Below, piece after piece: positions 10,128 through 18,737 of a stretch of DNA of 64,000 nt (position 1 is the first letter of the stretch; each line of letters starts with the position of its first letter). This stretch comes from Polyangiaceae bacterium (GTDB taxonomy: Bacteria > Myxococcota_A > Polyangia > Polyangiales > Polyangiaceae), in contig JBGANF010000001.1 of the NCBI GenBank assembly GCA_044222475.1, forward strand, positions 32,001 through 96,000, given 5' to 3'. The notes beneath the pieces were generated by a model that saw nothing but the letters and a program-made list of their open reading frames with translations, had not been told where the DNA came from and made no database searches. A program made the position numbers and the translations under genes.

Positions 10128-10601
10128 ATGGCCACGAACTACATCACCGCCGAGGGAGCCAAGCGTCTGCAAGAGGAGCTCGTGCGTCTGCGAACGCGCG
10201 ATCGTCCCAAGGTGGTACAAGACGTCGCCGACGCCGCCGCCCAGGGCGACCGGAGCGAGAACGCCGAGTACATCTACGGCAAGCGCAAGCTCCGCGAGAT
10301 CGACCGGCGCATGCACTTCCTCATCAAACGCCTCGAGAGCGTACAGATCGTCCCTCCCCGCACCGACGGCTCGACCCGCGCCTTCTTCGGCGCGTTCGTC
10401 GAGCTCGAAGACGAGGACGGCAAGCGGGTGCGGTACCGGATCGTCGGCGAGGACGAGACCGACGCGAAGCTCGGGTACATCAGCTGGCGCTCGCCCGTCG
10501 GCCGCGCGCTCCTCAAGAAGGAGGAGGGCGACGAGGTGCGGATCCAGCGTCCCGGAGGCGAGGTCGTCCTGACGATCGCCTCCGTCAGCTACGTCACTTG
10601 A
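10128..10601 (+). CDS. greB: Transcription elongation factor GreB
   Basis: AAQGDRSENAEYIYGKRKLREIDRR, ISWRSPVGRALL. Confidence 0.93.
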   Translation: MATNYITAEGAKRLQEELVRLRTRDRPKVVQDVADAAAQGDRSENAEYIYGKRKLREIDRRMHFLIKRLESVQIVPPRTDGSTRAFFGAFVELEDEDGKRVRYRIVGEDETDAKLGYISWRSPVGRALLKKEEGDEVRIQRPGGEVVLTIASVSYVT

Positions 10602-11472
10602 TCATGACCTGACCGCGCGTCAGGTCGCCCTGGTCGTGCAGGTAGAACGTGTACGTGCCGAGGGCGTTCACCTTGCGCTGCTGGCCCGACATGCCGTTCT
10701 GCGGGATGAGCGCGTTGCAGACGCCGTTGGTGACCGGGTCGTGGGCGAAGCCCTGGCCGGGGTTGCTGGCGTGGATGCAGTGACCCGAGGAGTCCTTGTT
10801 CAGGAAGCGGACCTCGACTGGAGTCGCGGTGATGTTGGTCGGTGCGGTGATCACGATCGGGTAGGAGCCGAACGCGTTGGTGCTCGGGTTTCCGGACGTG
10901 CCCTTGAGCGCATCGACGTTGGTCGGGATCGCGATCGTGAGGATCGGCTTCACGTTGAGCCCGAGGGCGGCCGAGCCGACGTTCGATCCCGACGTTCCGC
11001 GGACCATCAGGTTGGCGAGGTTCGGGGCGGTGTCGCTCGCGACCGTCAACGTGAGCATCGTGGTCTGCCCGGCGTTGCCGGTGACGCTCAACGAAGCCGA
11101 GGCGAACTTCGCGGTGACGCCAGCGGGGAGGTTCTGCACGTCGAGAGCGACGGTGCCAGTGAAGTTCTTGGGCGCGACCGTGACTTGGATGTCGACCGTT
11201 GCACGGAGCTCGGAGTCGGCGGTGGTCTTGTCGAGCATGATGTCGAACGCGGGAGTCGAGACGCCCGAGTCGACGCCGCCGCCGCCGGAGTCGTTGCCGC
11301 CGCCACCACCGCCGGAGTCGTTTCCGCCGCCGCCGCCGCCACCGTCACCGCCCGCCGGGTTGTTGTTGTTGCCGACGCCGGTCCAGAGGTTGCTGGAGGT
11401 GCCGCCCGCATCACCACACGCCACGAGAGCGGCGGCGCCGAGAACGAGGGCGAGGATGGTCAGGGAGCGCAT
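10594..11472 (-). CDS. Lipoprotein with Ig-like and cupredoxin-like domains
   Basis: Lipobox LVAC, Gly-rich linker, C-terminal VRFLNKD..GHCIH...GTYTFYLHD. Confidence 0.65.
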   Translation of the reverse strand: MRSLTILALVLGAAALVACGDAGGTSSNLWTGVGNNNNPAGGDGGGGGGGNDSGGGGGGNDSGGGGVDSGVSTPAFDIMLDKTTADSELRATVDIQVTVAPKNFTGTVALDVQNLPAGVTAKFASASLSVTGNAGQTTMLTLTVASDTAPNLANLMVRGTSGSNVGSAALGLNVKPILTIAIPTNVDALKGTSGNPSTNAFGSYPIVITAPTNITATPVEVRFLNKDSSGHCIHASNPGQGFAHDPVTNGVCNALIPQNGMSGQQRKVNALGTYTFYLHDQGDLTRGQVMIK

Positions 11473-11590
11473 GCCTTGCGTAGGTGCAAGTTCAGCGCCA
11501 CGGGGAAACGGCGATCCATCGCGAGATATCGCGGATTTTTCGGGGTAGGAGGACGTAGGAGATGGGCACAGATGGACAACGTCGATGGAC

Positions 11591-12925
11591 TCACGAGGAT
11601 CCACGCCGATGTAGGACAATGAGGGATAGGCCGAGCAGGAGGCCCGCCAGACCGAGGTTCCCGGACGGTGCTCCAACGGTGTCGCAGCCGCAGCGCGACC
11701 GATCCTTCGCGGGGGCGAGAGGCCCCACGGAAGCGTCTGCGCCTCCCTCGACGGACGCGTCGACGGGCAACGTCGTGCTCACCTGCGTGCCGAGCATGAG
11801 CTTCACCGGCGGCCACGCGTCGACGCACTTCGCGCCGTCGCCTGCGTCGCACGCGAGCGGCCCGCGCACGTCGGAGAACGTCGCGAGGGAGCGCCACGTC
11901 GCGCCGCGATCCTCCGAGAGAGCGATGGCGTAGCCGCTCGGCGCGTACGGCTCGGAGCATCCGTAGAGGCGCGAGCCGTCGGCGTGGAGACAGTACACGA
12001 GCTGATCGCGAACCTTGGTGAAGGTCTTGCCGCCGTCCGTCGATCGATGGAGGCCTTCGCTCGGCGTTCCCGATCCGACCCACACGTCGTCGCCGTCGCG
12101 CGCGAAGCCGAACATCGCGCCGTCGAAATGAAACACGACGCGGACGGTGGCGCCGCCGTCCTCCGAGAGCAGCAGATCGCTCCCCTTCACGCCGAGAGTG
12201 CGGATCAGGAGACGATCGGCGTTCGTGCGATCGACGCTCGCGAGGTAGAGTCGACCTTCGCTGGGCCACGCGGGGTGGAGCTCGCGGAAGCTCACGCCGC
12301 CGTCGTCGGAGCGGAAGAGGTGCGGAGCGACGTTCTTTCCGACCTCGACGCCGGTCGCGTAGACGCGGGCGGGACGCCCGAGCGTCCCGCGATCGACGTC
12401 CAGCGTGTCGACGTAGATGCCGGGGATGCCTTTGCCCAGTCTCTCGAAGCGGCCGCCGTCCCGTGAGCGCCAGACGAACGCCGGGTCCTTCGGAGTCGAC
12501 GTCGCGAGCCACACCGTACCGCGCTCCTCGGATAGGTCGGAGACGAGCTGTCCTTCGAGCTCGGCGACGCGGGTGAACGCGCACCCACCCTCGGTCGTTC
12601 GGAGACCATCGGCGAGGCCGAGGTAGATCGTGCGACCCCGGATGGCGAGCGGCGGATCCCACGGGCCGCTGAAGCCGATGGCTTGCTCGCAGACCCAATC
12701 GAACGTCTTGCCGTGGTCTTCGGAGATCATCAGACCGAACGTCGCGCGGAGGACGACACGGTCGCCGCTGGTGAGGATCGTCTGCGCGCGCGGGAAGCGG
12801 CCGTTCGCGTGCGCAGACCGCTCCGTGTACGCTGAGAGCGCCGTGAACGACGCGAAGGCCAACAGGAGCGCCGCGAGAGCTGCGCGAGCCAGGCGAACTT
12901 CCGCCGTAGGTCTCGGGACGATCAC
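11591..12925 (-). CDS. BNR/Asp-box beta-propeller protein with MYXO-CTERM sorting signal
   Basis: Repeated SxDGGxTF/W boxes; C-terminal CGC + TM + RR. Confidence 0.82.
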   Translation of the reverse strand: MIVPRPTAEVRLARAALAALLLAFASFTALSAYTERSAHANGRFPRAQTILTSGDRVVLRATFGLMISEDHGKTFDWVCEQAIGFSGPWDPPLAIRGRTIYLGLADGLRTTEGGCAFTRVAELEGQLVSDLSEERGTVWLATSTPKDPAFVWRSRDGGRFERLGKGIPGIYVDTLDVDRGTLGRPARVYATGVEVGKNVAPHLFRSDDGGVSFRELHPAWPSEGRLYLASVDRTNADRLLIRTLGVKGSDLLLSEDGGATVRVVFHFDGAMFGFARDGDDVWVGSGTPSEGLHRSTDGGKTFTKVRDQLVYCLHADGSRLYGCSEPYAPSGYAIALSEDRGATWRSLATFSDVRGPLACDAGDGAKCVDAWPPVKLMLGTQVSTTLPVDASVEGGADASVGPLAPAKDRSRCGCDTVGAPSGNLGLAGLLLGLSLIVLHRRGSS

Positions 12926-14081
12926 GCTCGTCTTCTACTCGGCCTTGGCGTCGACGGCGAGCTGCAAGCGTGATCCGCCCCCGAAGCCGAAGAACGCGCC
13001 GGTCCCGATCGCGTCGTCCCACGCGGCGTACGTGACGAACAACGGCTCGGACACGCTCACCGTGCTCGACCGCGACGGAGACGCGACGTTCGACGTGTCG
13101 GTCGACGTCGACCGGAGCGCCCACGATGCGCCGCACCACCTGGCGATCGATGCGCCGCGCGGGTTCGTCTTCGTCGCGCTGGCGTATCCCCCCGATCCGG
13201 CGACGGTCGCTCAGGGCAAGCACGGGGTCCATGGAGGCTCGGGGAGCCTCGGGCAGCTCGTGCGCCTCGACGTCGCGACGCTGACCGTCGACGAAACGCG
13301 CGCGGTGGCGGAGAACCCCGGTGACGTCGTCTTGACCCACGACCGATCGCGGGTCCTGGTGACCCACTTCGACATGAAGCGCGCCATGGATGAGGCGCGC
13401 GCAGGAAAGACCGGAGCGAGCCTCTTCGCGACGCTCCAGGTGTGGGACGGGACGACGATGACGAAGGTGGCGGAGCGCGCGATCTGCGCGGCGCCGCACG
13501 CGGTCGTGACGACGAAGGACGACCACACGGCGTACGTCGCGTGTTACGGCTCGGACGAGCTGGTCGTCGTCGATCTGACGCAGAATTCGCTGCCGGTGTC
13601 GCACCATCCGTTGGGGGCGGCGCCAGGGGTTCTCGGGGCGCCGCGATACGGTCCGTACTCGGTCGCGCTGTCTCCGGACGAGACGATCGCGATCGTCGCG
13701 AGCACCGAGTCGAACGAGCTGCGCGTGTTCGACGTGAAGGAGCGGCGCTTCGTCGACGAACGGACGATGGCGCTGGGAGCGAAGGTGATGATGCCGGCGT
13801 TCGCCGGAAACGACGTGGCGCTGTTGCCGCTCGCCGGTCCCGACGGCCTGGCGCGGGTCGACGTGCGGCGGTCGCAGGTGCAGGCGCGAGTCGCGTTCGA
13901 CGCCGCGACCTGCGAAGCGCCGCACGTGGTGCGCATCGCGACGGATGGGCGAACCTACGTCGTGTGCGAGGGCAACAAGAAGGACCCCGGTGGGGTCCTC
14001 GAGGTCGACCCGACGACCCTCGCGGTCAAGCGACGCTGGAAAGTCGGGGTCTATCCCGACGGCATCGCGTTCGCAGAGTGA
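12843..14081 (+). CDS. YncE/YVTN-type beta-propeller lipoprotein (start uncertain)
   Basis: AYVTNNGSDTL, PH..V.T.D...AYV repeats, VGVYPDGIAF; signal peptide ending TASC. Confidence 0.8.
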   Translation: MNDAKANRSAARAARARRTSAVGLGTITLVFYSALASTASCKRDPPPKPKNAPVPIASSHAAYVTNNGSDTLTVLDRDGDATFDVSVDVDRSAHDAPHHLAIDAPRGFVFVALAYPPDPATVAQGKHGVHGGSGSLGQLVRLDVATLTVDETRAVAENPGDVVLTHDRSRVLVTHFDMKRAMDEARAGKTGASLFATLQVWDGTTMTKVAERAICAAPHAVVTTKDDHTAYVACYGSDELVVVDLTQNSLPVSHHPLGAAPGVLGAPRYGPYSVALSPDETIAIVASTESNELRVFDVKERRFVDERTMALGAKVMMPAFAGNDVALLPLAGPDGLARVDVRRSQVQARVAFDAATCEAPHVVRIATDGRTYVVCEGNKKDPGGVLEVDPTTLAVKRRWKVGVYPDGIAFAE

Positions 14082-14085
14082 AAAG

Positions 14086-14191
14086 AACGCCAGGGCGCCA
14101 GCTCACGCCAGGTGCCAAACATCGTGAGATGGGAGTTGGTCCCCGGCGCAAACCCTCTTCGTTCTCTTGGCGTCCTGGCGCCCTGGCGGTT
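14086..14191. repeat. Intergenic inverted-repeat (REPIN/MITE-like) element built from 8-nt units
   Basis: CGCCAGGGCGCCAG (14088-14101) and its exact reverse complement (14175-14188), between convergent genes. Confidence 0.75.
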
Positions 14192-14213
14192 TTCTCTCTC
14201 TTGGAGGAAGCGA

Positions 14214-14789
14214 TCAGCTGCCGTACTTCGCGACGATCGCTTTCGCTCGCTCCACGAACGCCGCTTGATGGTGACGCTCGAAGTCGGCCCACGTCGTCAG
14301 TGACTTCGTGTCTTCGACTCGGTCCACGAAGACCTTCCCGTTCAGGTGATCGACCTCGTGCTGGAACGTGCCCGCCGTCAGCCCCTTGACCTCGAAGTCG
14401 AGCGCCTTGCCCTCGCGATCGAGCGCCTTCACGCGCACGCCGGCCGAGCGCCTCACCTCGCCCCGCAGGTTCGGCACCGAGAGACAGCCTTCGTAGTTCA
14501 GGAACGTCTCGTCGCCGAACAGCGTGAGCTCGGGGTTCACGAGGATCGTCAGCGGGTAGTTCGGTTTGTACGGATACCGCGGGTTGTTTTTGATGCAGAT
14601 TGCACATATCTGCACCGGCCGATAGACCTGGTTCGCCGCGAGCCCGGCGCCGTTCGCGTCGAACATCGTCTCCACGAGGTCGTCGATGAAGCGCTGGGTC
14701 TCCGGCGAGCGGAGCTCCTCGGGGGTGAGCTTTCGCGCGACCTCGCGCAGGACCGGGTGGCCGAGGGTCGCGATCTTGAGGATGGCCAT
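14214..14789 (-). CDS. def: Peptide deformylase
   Basis: GAGLAANQ, EGCLS, QHEVDHLNG motifs. Confidence 0.95.
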   Translation of the reverse strand: MAILKIATLGHPVLREVARKLTPEELRSPETQRFIDDLVETMFDANGAGLAANQVYRPVQICAICIKNNPRYPYKPNYPLTILVNPELTLFGDETFLNYEGCLSVPNLRGEVRRSAGVRVKALDREGKALDFEVKGLTAGTFQHEVDHLNGKVFVDRVEDTKSLTTWADFERHHQAAFVERAKAIVAKYGS

Positions 14790-14806
14790 GGGCGAAACGT
14801 AGCCCG

Positions 14807-15787
14807 CTAGAGCCACCTTCGGTAGCGGAAGAAGGTGACGATGCCGACCCCGATTGCGGCCATCGCCCCACAACAGATCCAGAAGCCTAGCGGCGAGTGG
14901 GCTCCGGGGATCACGTCGAAGTTCATCCCGTAGACGCCGGCGACGAACGTGAGCGGGAGCATCACGGTCGAGATGAGGGTCAGGGTCTTCATGACCTCGT
15001 TCATCCGGTTGCCCTGGACGCTGAGGTACGCCTCCATCGTGGCGGTCACGAGCTCGCGGTAGCTCTCGGCGAGGTCGGTGATGCGCGAGAAGTGATCGTA
15101 GACGTCGCGGAAGAACGGAACTGCTTCCTTCGGGATGGCGTCGAACTCTCCGCGCGAGAGGCGGACGAGCGTCTCGCGCTGATGCGCGACGATTCGCCGC
15201 AGGTGCTGGAGCTCGCGCTTGAGCTCGAAGATCCGCGTCATCAGGCCGTGCCCGGATCGGGTCCCAGCCTTGGCGATGACGTCGTGCTCGAGCGCCTCGA
15301 CGATCTCGTCGAGGTCGTCGAACACCGGCACGTAGTGATCGACGAGGTGGTCCAGGAGCGCGTGGAGAACCCAGGCCGTTCCTTTCTCGAGCAGCCGCGG
15401 GCTTCGCTGGAGCTCCGCGCGCACTGCATCCACGCTCCGCGAAGATCCCTCGTGGTGGGTGACGACGAAGCGCGGCCCGGTGACGACGTCGAGCTCGAGG
15501 GTGCAGATCCTCCGCTTGTCGTCGTGGCGCACCCCGTGGGCGAGAACGAAGAGGTAGCGACCGAAGTCCTCGATCTTGGGCAGCGCTCGCTCCGCCCAGA
15601 GATCCTCGATCGTCAGCAAGTGGAGCTCGAGGGTCTTCTCGAAGAATCGGTCGAGGGCGGTCCGCTCACCCTCGTCATCCGGCCCGACGTCGAGCCACAC
15701 CGTGGCTCCAGCCGCGTACGCCTCCGCGACGTCGGCGAGCTTCTGCGTCTCGGAGAGCTTCGCGCCCGCGAGAACGAAGGCGTGCAT
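14807..15787 (-). CDS. corA: Magnesium/cobalt transporter CorA
   Basis: PKIEDF, RMNEVMKTLT, YGMNF motif, two C-terminal TMs. Confidence 0.95.
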   Translation of the reverse strand: MHAFVLAGAKLSETQKLADVAEAYAAGATVWLDVGPDDEGERTALDRFFEKTLELHLLTIEDLWAERALPKIEDFGRYLFVLAHGVRHDDKRRICTLELDVVTGPRFVVTHHEGSSRSVDAVRAELQRSPRLLEKGTAWVLHALLDHLVDHYVPVFDDLDEIVEALEHDVIAKAGTRSGHGLMTRIFELKRELQHLRRIVAHQRETLVRLSRGEFDAIPKEAVPFFRDVYDHFSRITDLAESYRELVTATMEAYLSVQGNRMNEVMKTLTLISTVMLPLTFVAGVYGMNFDVIPGAHSPLGFWICCGAMAAIGVGIVTFFRYRRWL

Positions 15788-15802
15788 CGCTGGTGGCTCC
15801 GG

Positions 15803-17689
15803 TCAGGGCTTCTCGGCCAGGATGAGCGTCCGAGGGGAGTCCGGGCCGAGGAAGACCCCGGGCGTCGCGGTGCGACCGCTCACCTCGCAGACGCGGAACC
15901 CGAGCTCGTGCAGAGTCTTGCCGAGCTCGTGCAGGGAGTACATGCGAATGGAGTACTCGACCTCGCGGTTGCGCCCGTCGTCCATCATCATCGTCCGCTT
16001 CACCTTCATGCGGCTCGTGATCCAGTCCATCGCCATTTCGTCCATGCAGACGCAACCCTCGCCCTCGAACCAAGCGAGGGACGGCGACTGGTGGATGATG
16101 AAGTCGCGGTTCGCCACGTCGAGCAGGAACTGCCCGCCGTGCCGGAGGGCGCGGTAGACGTTCTTCAGCACCTGGACGTTCTTCTCTTCGTCGAAGAAAC
16201 CGAACGTCGTGCCCCAGCAGTAGATGCCGTCGAAGCGCTCTTCGAACGACATCTCGCGCATGTCGCCCTGCATGAAGTTGATCTTCTGATCTCGGTCCTG
16301 CGCTTCGTCGGCCGCGCGCGAGAGCATCGCGAGGCTCAGGTCGAAGCCGACGACGGCGTAGCCGCGCCGGGTCAGCTCGATCGCGTGGCGCCCGGTGCCA
16401 CAGCCGAGGTCGAGGATCGTCCCGCCCTTGGCGACGGCGAGGCTGTCCTCGACGAAGTCGACCTCGGCGGCGACCTGCTTGTCGGTCACCTTCGGCGTCG
16501 CGCGAAGGAAGTCGTCGTTGAAGAGCTCCTCCCACCAGAACTTCGCGCGCTTCCGCGACGACGCCGCCGCGTCCTTGTCGGCGGAAGGAACGGCGATCAC
16601 CGGTGCCTTGCCCGCGACCTGCGGCGACGCAGGGCCGCGCGGCGGATCCGAGCTCGGCTTGCGCGGCGGCGTCGACGTGGCCTTGGCGACCGCTGGAGGC
16701 GGCGACGCAACCGGCGTCTTGACCGACTCGACCGACAAGAGATCCTCGGCGTCGAGCTCGGCTTCCTTCTCGGGCTCGGGGGCGTTGTCTGCCTCGTCGG
16801 AGTCGACGAGGGCGAACGCGGCGACCCGCGGATTCGAGGCCATCGCGTCCGAGGGGATCGGCGGGCTCGGTGGGATCGACGCGATCTTCGGCGGAGGCGT
16901 GCTCCTGCGCGGAGGCGGCCGCGAGGAGAGGACCGCAGCGGCTTCGATCTCGTCGATCTCGAGCGGCTCCGACGAAGCGGGGGGCGGGGGAATCGACGAC
17001 GGACGCTTCGGCGGTGCGGGAATCTCCCGATCGACGATCGTGGCTTGAGGCGGAGGCGGAGGGACGCTGCTGGGACGCGGGTCGAGCGGCCGCGGCACGG
17101 TGAGCGACTCGACGATGTCGCCGCTCGAGAGGTCGCCGGTGGACCCCAGATCCTCGTCGACCGATACGTCGATCTCGTCGTCGTCTTTCGGCGCGACCGC
17201 GGGCACGTTCACGTGCGGCGTCTCGTCCTCTTCCTTCGAAGCCGCTTCGGCCGCCGCGACCACGTCGAGCACCGACGGCGTCAGCGCCGCCATCTCCACC
17301 GTCTTCTCGGCGGCGACGCGCTCGGCGGTCTCGCTGGGGGGCGGGCCCACGCTGATGATCCGCTTCGCCTCGATCGGAACCGGTGCGGGCTCTTCGGCGG
17401 GAGGATCCGGCTCGTCGTCGACGGGCCGCAGCTCCTGCGTCTTCGCTTCGTCGGCTGGCACCGCGGGCTGGGCGATCTTCGGGATCGGCTGATCCGGACG
17501 CGACACCTCGTCGTCGGGGATGCGGAGGGAGAGCTTGGCCCTCGCCTTGCGTCGTCGCTTCCGCTCCTCGGCAGCGTCGTCGACGGGGGCCTCCTCCTCG
17601 ATGACGACGTCCTCCGAGCCCTCGTCGCTCTGTTCGGCGGGATCGCCAGCGGCCGCGGCGGACAACGGAGGGAGTCGCTCTTCGGTCAT
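15803..17689 (-). CDS. Class I SAM-dependent methyltransferase with long disordered N-terminus
   Basis: ILDLGCGTGRH, GFDLS, GDMREM, FGFF; ~400 aa Pro/Glu-rich N-terminus; ATGA overlap with psd stop. Confidence 0.85.
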   Translation of the reverse strand: MTEERLPPLSAAAAGDPAEQSDEGSEDVVIEEEAPVDDAAEERKRRRKARAKLSLRIPDDEVSRPDQPIPKIAQPAVPADEAKTQELRPVDDEPDPPAEEPAPVPIEAKRIISVGPPPSETAERVAAEKTVEMAALTPSVLDVVAAAEAASKEEDETPHVNVPAVAPKDDDEIDVSVDEDLGSTGDLSSGDIVESLTVPRPLDPRPSSVPPPPPQATIVDREIPAPPKRPSSIPPPPASSEPLEIDEIEAAAVLSSRPPPRRSTPPPKIASIPPSPPIPSDAMASNPRVAAFALVDSDEADNAPEPEKEAELDAEDLLSVESVKTPVASPPPAVAKATSTPPRKPSSDPPRGPASPQVAGKAPVIAVPSADKDAAASSRKRAKFWWEELFNDDFLRATPKVTDKQVAAEVDFVEDSLAVAKGGTILDLGCGTGRHAIELTRRGYAVVGFDLSLAMLSRAADEAQDRDQKINFMQGDMREMSFEERFDGIYCWGTTFGFFDEEKNVQVLKNVYRALRHGGQFLLDVANRDFIIHQSPSLAWFEGEGCVCMDEMAMDWITSRMKVKRTMMMDDGRNREVEYSIRMYSLHELGKTLHELGFRVCEVSGRTATPGVFLGPDSPRTLILAEKP

Positions 17690-18531
17690 CGCGTGCCTCC
17701 CTTCGGCGCTGCGATTTCCTGGCCCACGCGGACCGGTCCTTCCTGCGCGAGCCATCGATCGAACGCCTTCGGCTCGAGGAAGACGACAGCGGTGGACCCG
17801 AGGTGGAATTGTCCGAGCTCGTCACCGCGCTGCACGTTGCGCGCAGGTGCGATCGTGTGCACGCCGAGCGGCACGTCGTGCGCGTCGATCCCGCTCACGG
17901 TGATTCGACCGACGACGATCGCGGCGACCATCACGACGGTGACGCGACCGAGCGTCTCGGTGTCGATGCAGATCGCGACGCGACGGTTGATGGCGAAGAG
18001 GTTGTCGATGTGCCGGAGGCCGATCGAGTTCACCGGGAAGTAGTCACCCGGCATCGAGCGCACGAGCGAGATGCGACCTTCGACCGGCGAGTGCACGCGG
18101 TGGTAGTCGCGCGGCGAGAGGTACACGACGAAGCCGCCACCGCCGATGTATCGCTTGGCATCCGCGGGATCGCCGACGAGCTCCTCGACTCGGTACTGCC
18201 GACCCTTCACGCGGTACGTGCTGCCGACGTCGACTTTGCCCGGTGACTCGAGGCGGCCGTCGGCTGGGCTCACGATGAGCCGTTCGTCGTCGGGCAGCGG
18301 CCGCGCGCCATCCTTGAGAGGACGGGTGAAGAACTCGTCGAAGCTGGTGAATCCGTCGGTCTTCGCGCACTCGTCGAAGTCGACGGCGTAGAGCCGCGAG
18401 TACACCTTCACGACGGCGCGACCGAGCGGCGGCGACCACTGATGATCGGCGAGACGGCCCATGGCGCGGCTCACCCGACGGCGCGGAAGCACTCGGAGTA
18501 ATTGGGCAGCGGCGAAGGTGAAAGCGCTCAT
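17686..18531 (-). CDS. psd: Phosphatidylserine decarboxylase proenzyme
   Basis: FDEFFTRPL, VSPADG, YLSPRDYHRVHSP, FHLGST autocleavage motif. Confidence 0.93.
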   Translation of the reverse strand: MSAFTFAAAQLLRVLPRRRVSRAMGRLADHQWSPPLGRAVVKVYSRLYAVDFDECAKTDGFTSFDEFFTRPLKDGARPLPDDERLIVSPADGRLESPGKVDVGSTYRVKGRQYRVEELVGDPADAKRYIGGGGFVVYLSPRDYHRVHSPVEGRISLVRSMPGDYFPVNSIGLRHIDNLFAINRRVAICIDTETLGRVTVVMVAAIVVGRITVSGIDAHDVPLGVHTIAPARNVQRGDELGQFHLGSTAVVFLEPKAFDRWLAQEGPVRVGQEIAAPKGGTR

Positions 18532-18624
18532 CCAGACGTTCGCGCGAGCGCGCAGGCGTGCGAGACCACGCCGAAAAACGCGCTCGTCTTGGGCATCTCC
18601 GAGGGGCAGAGGCCCATCGGACCA

Positions 18625-18654
18625 ATGGTACCGGGCGAAACTTCGGCGGGTCAA
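18625..18654 (-). promoter_or_regulatory. Sigma70-type promoter for psd operon
   Basis: TTGACC-18 nt-TACCAT on the minus strand, ~90 nt upstream of psd. Confidence 0.6.
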
Positions 18655-18737
18655 CGCCGGTTCACCTGCGACGTCGCTTGTTTCGGCTCTTGCCTTCCTG
18701 GCTTTACGGTGCGAACGGCTTTTTGCAGCGACGGGCG

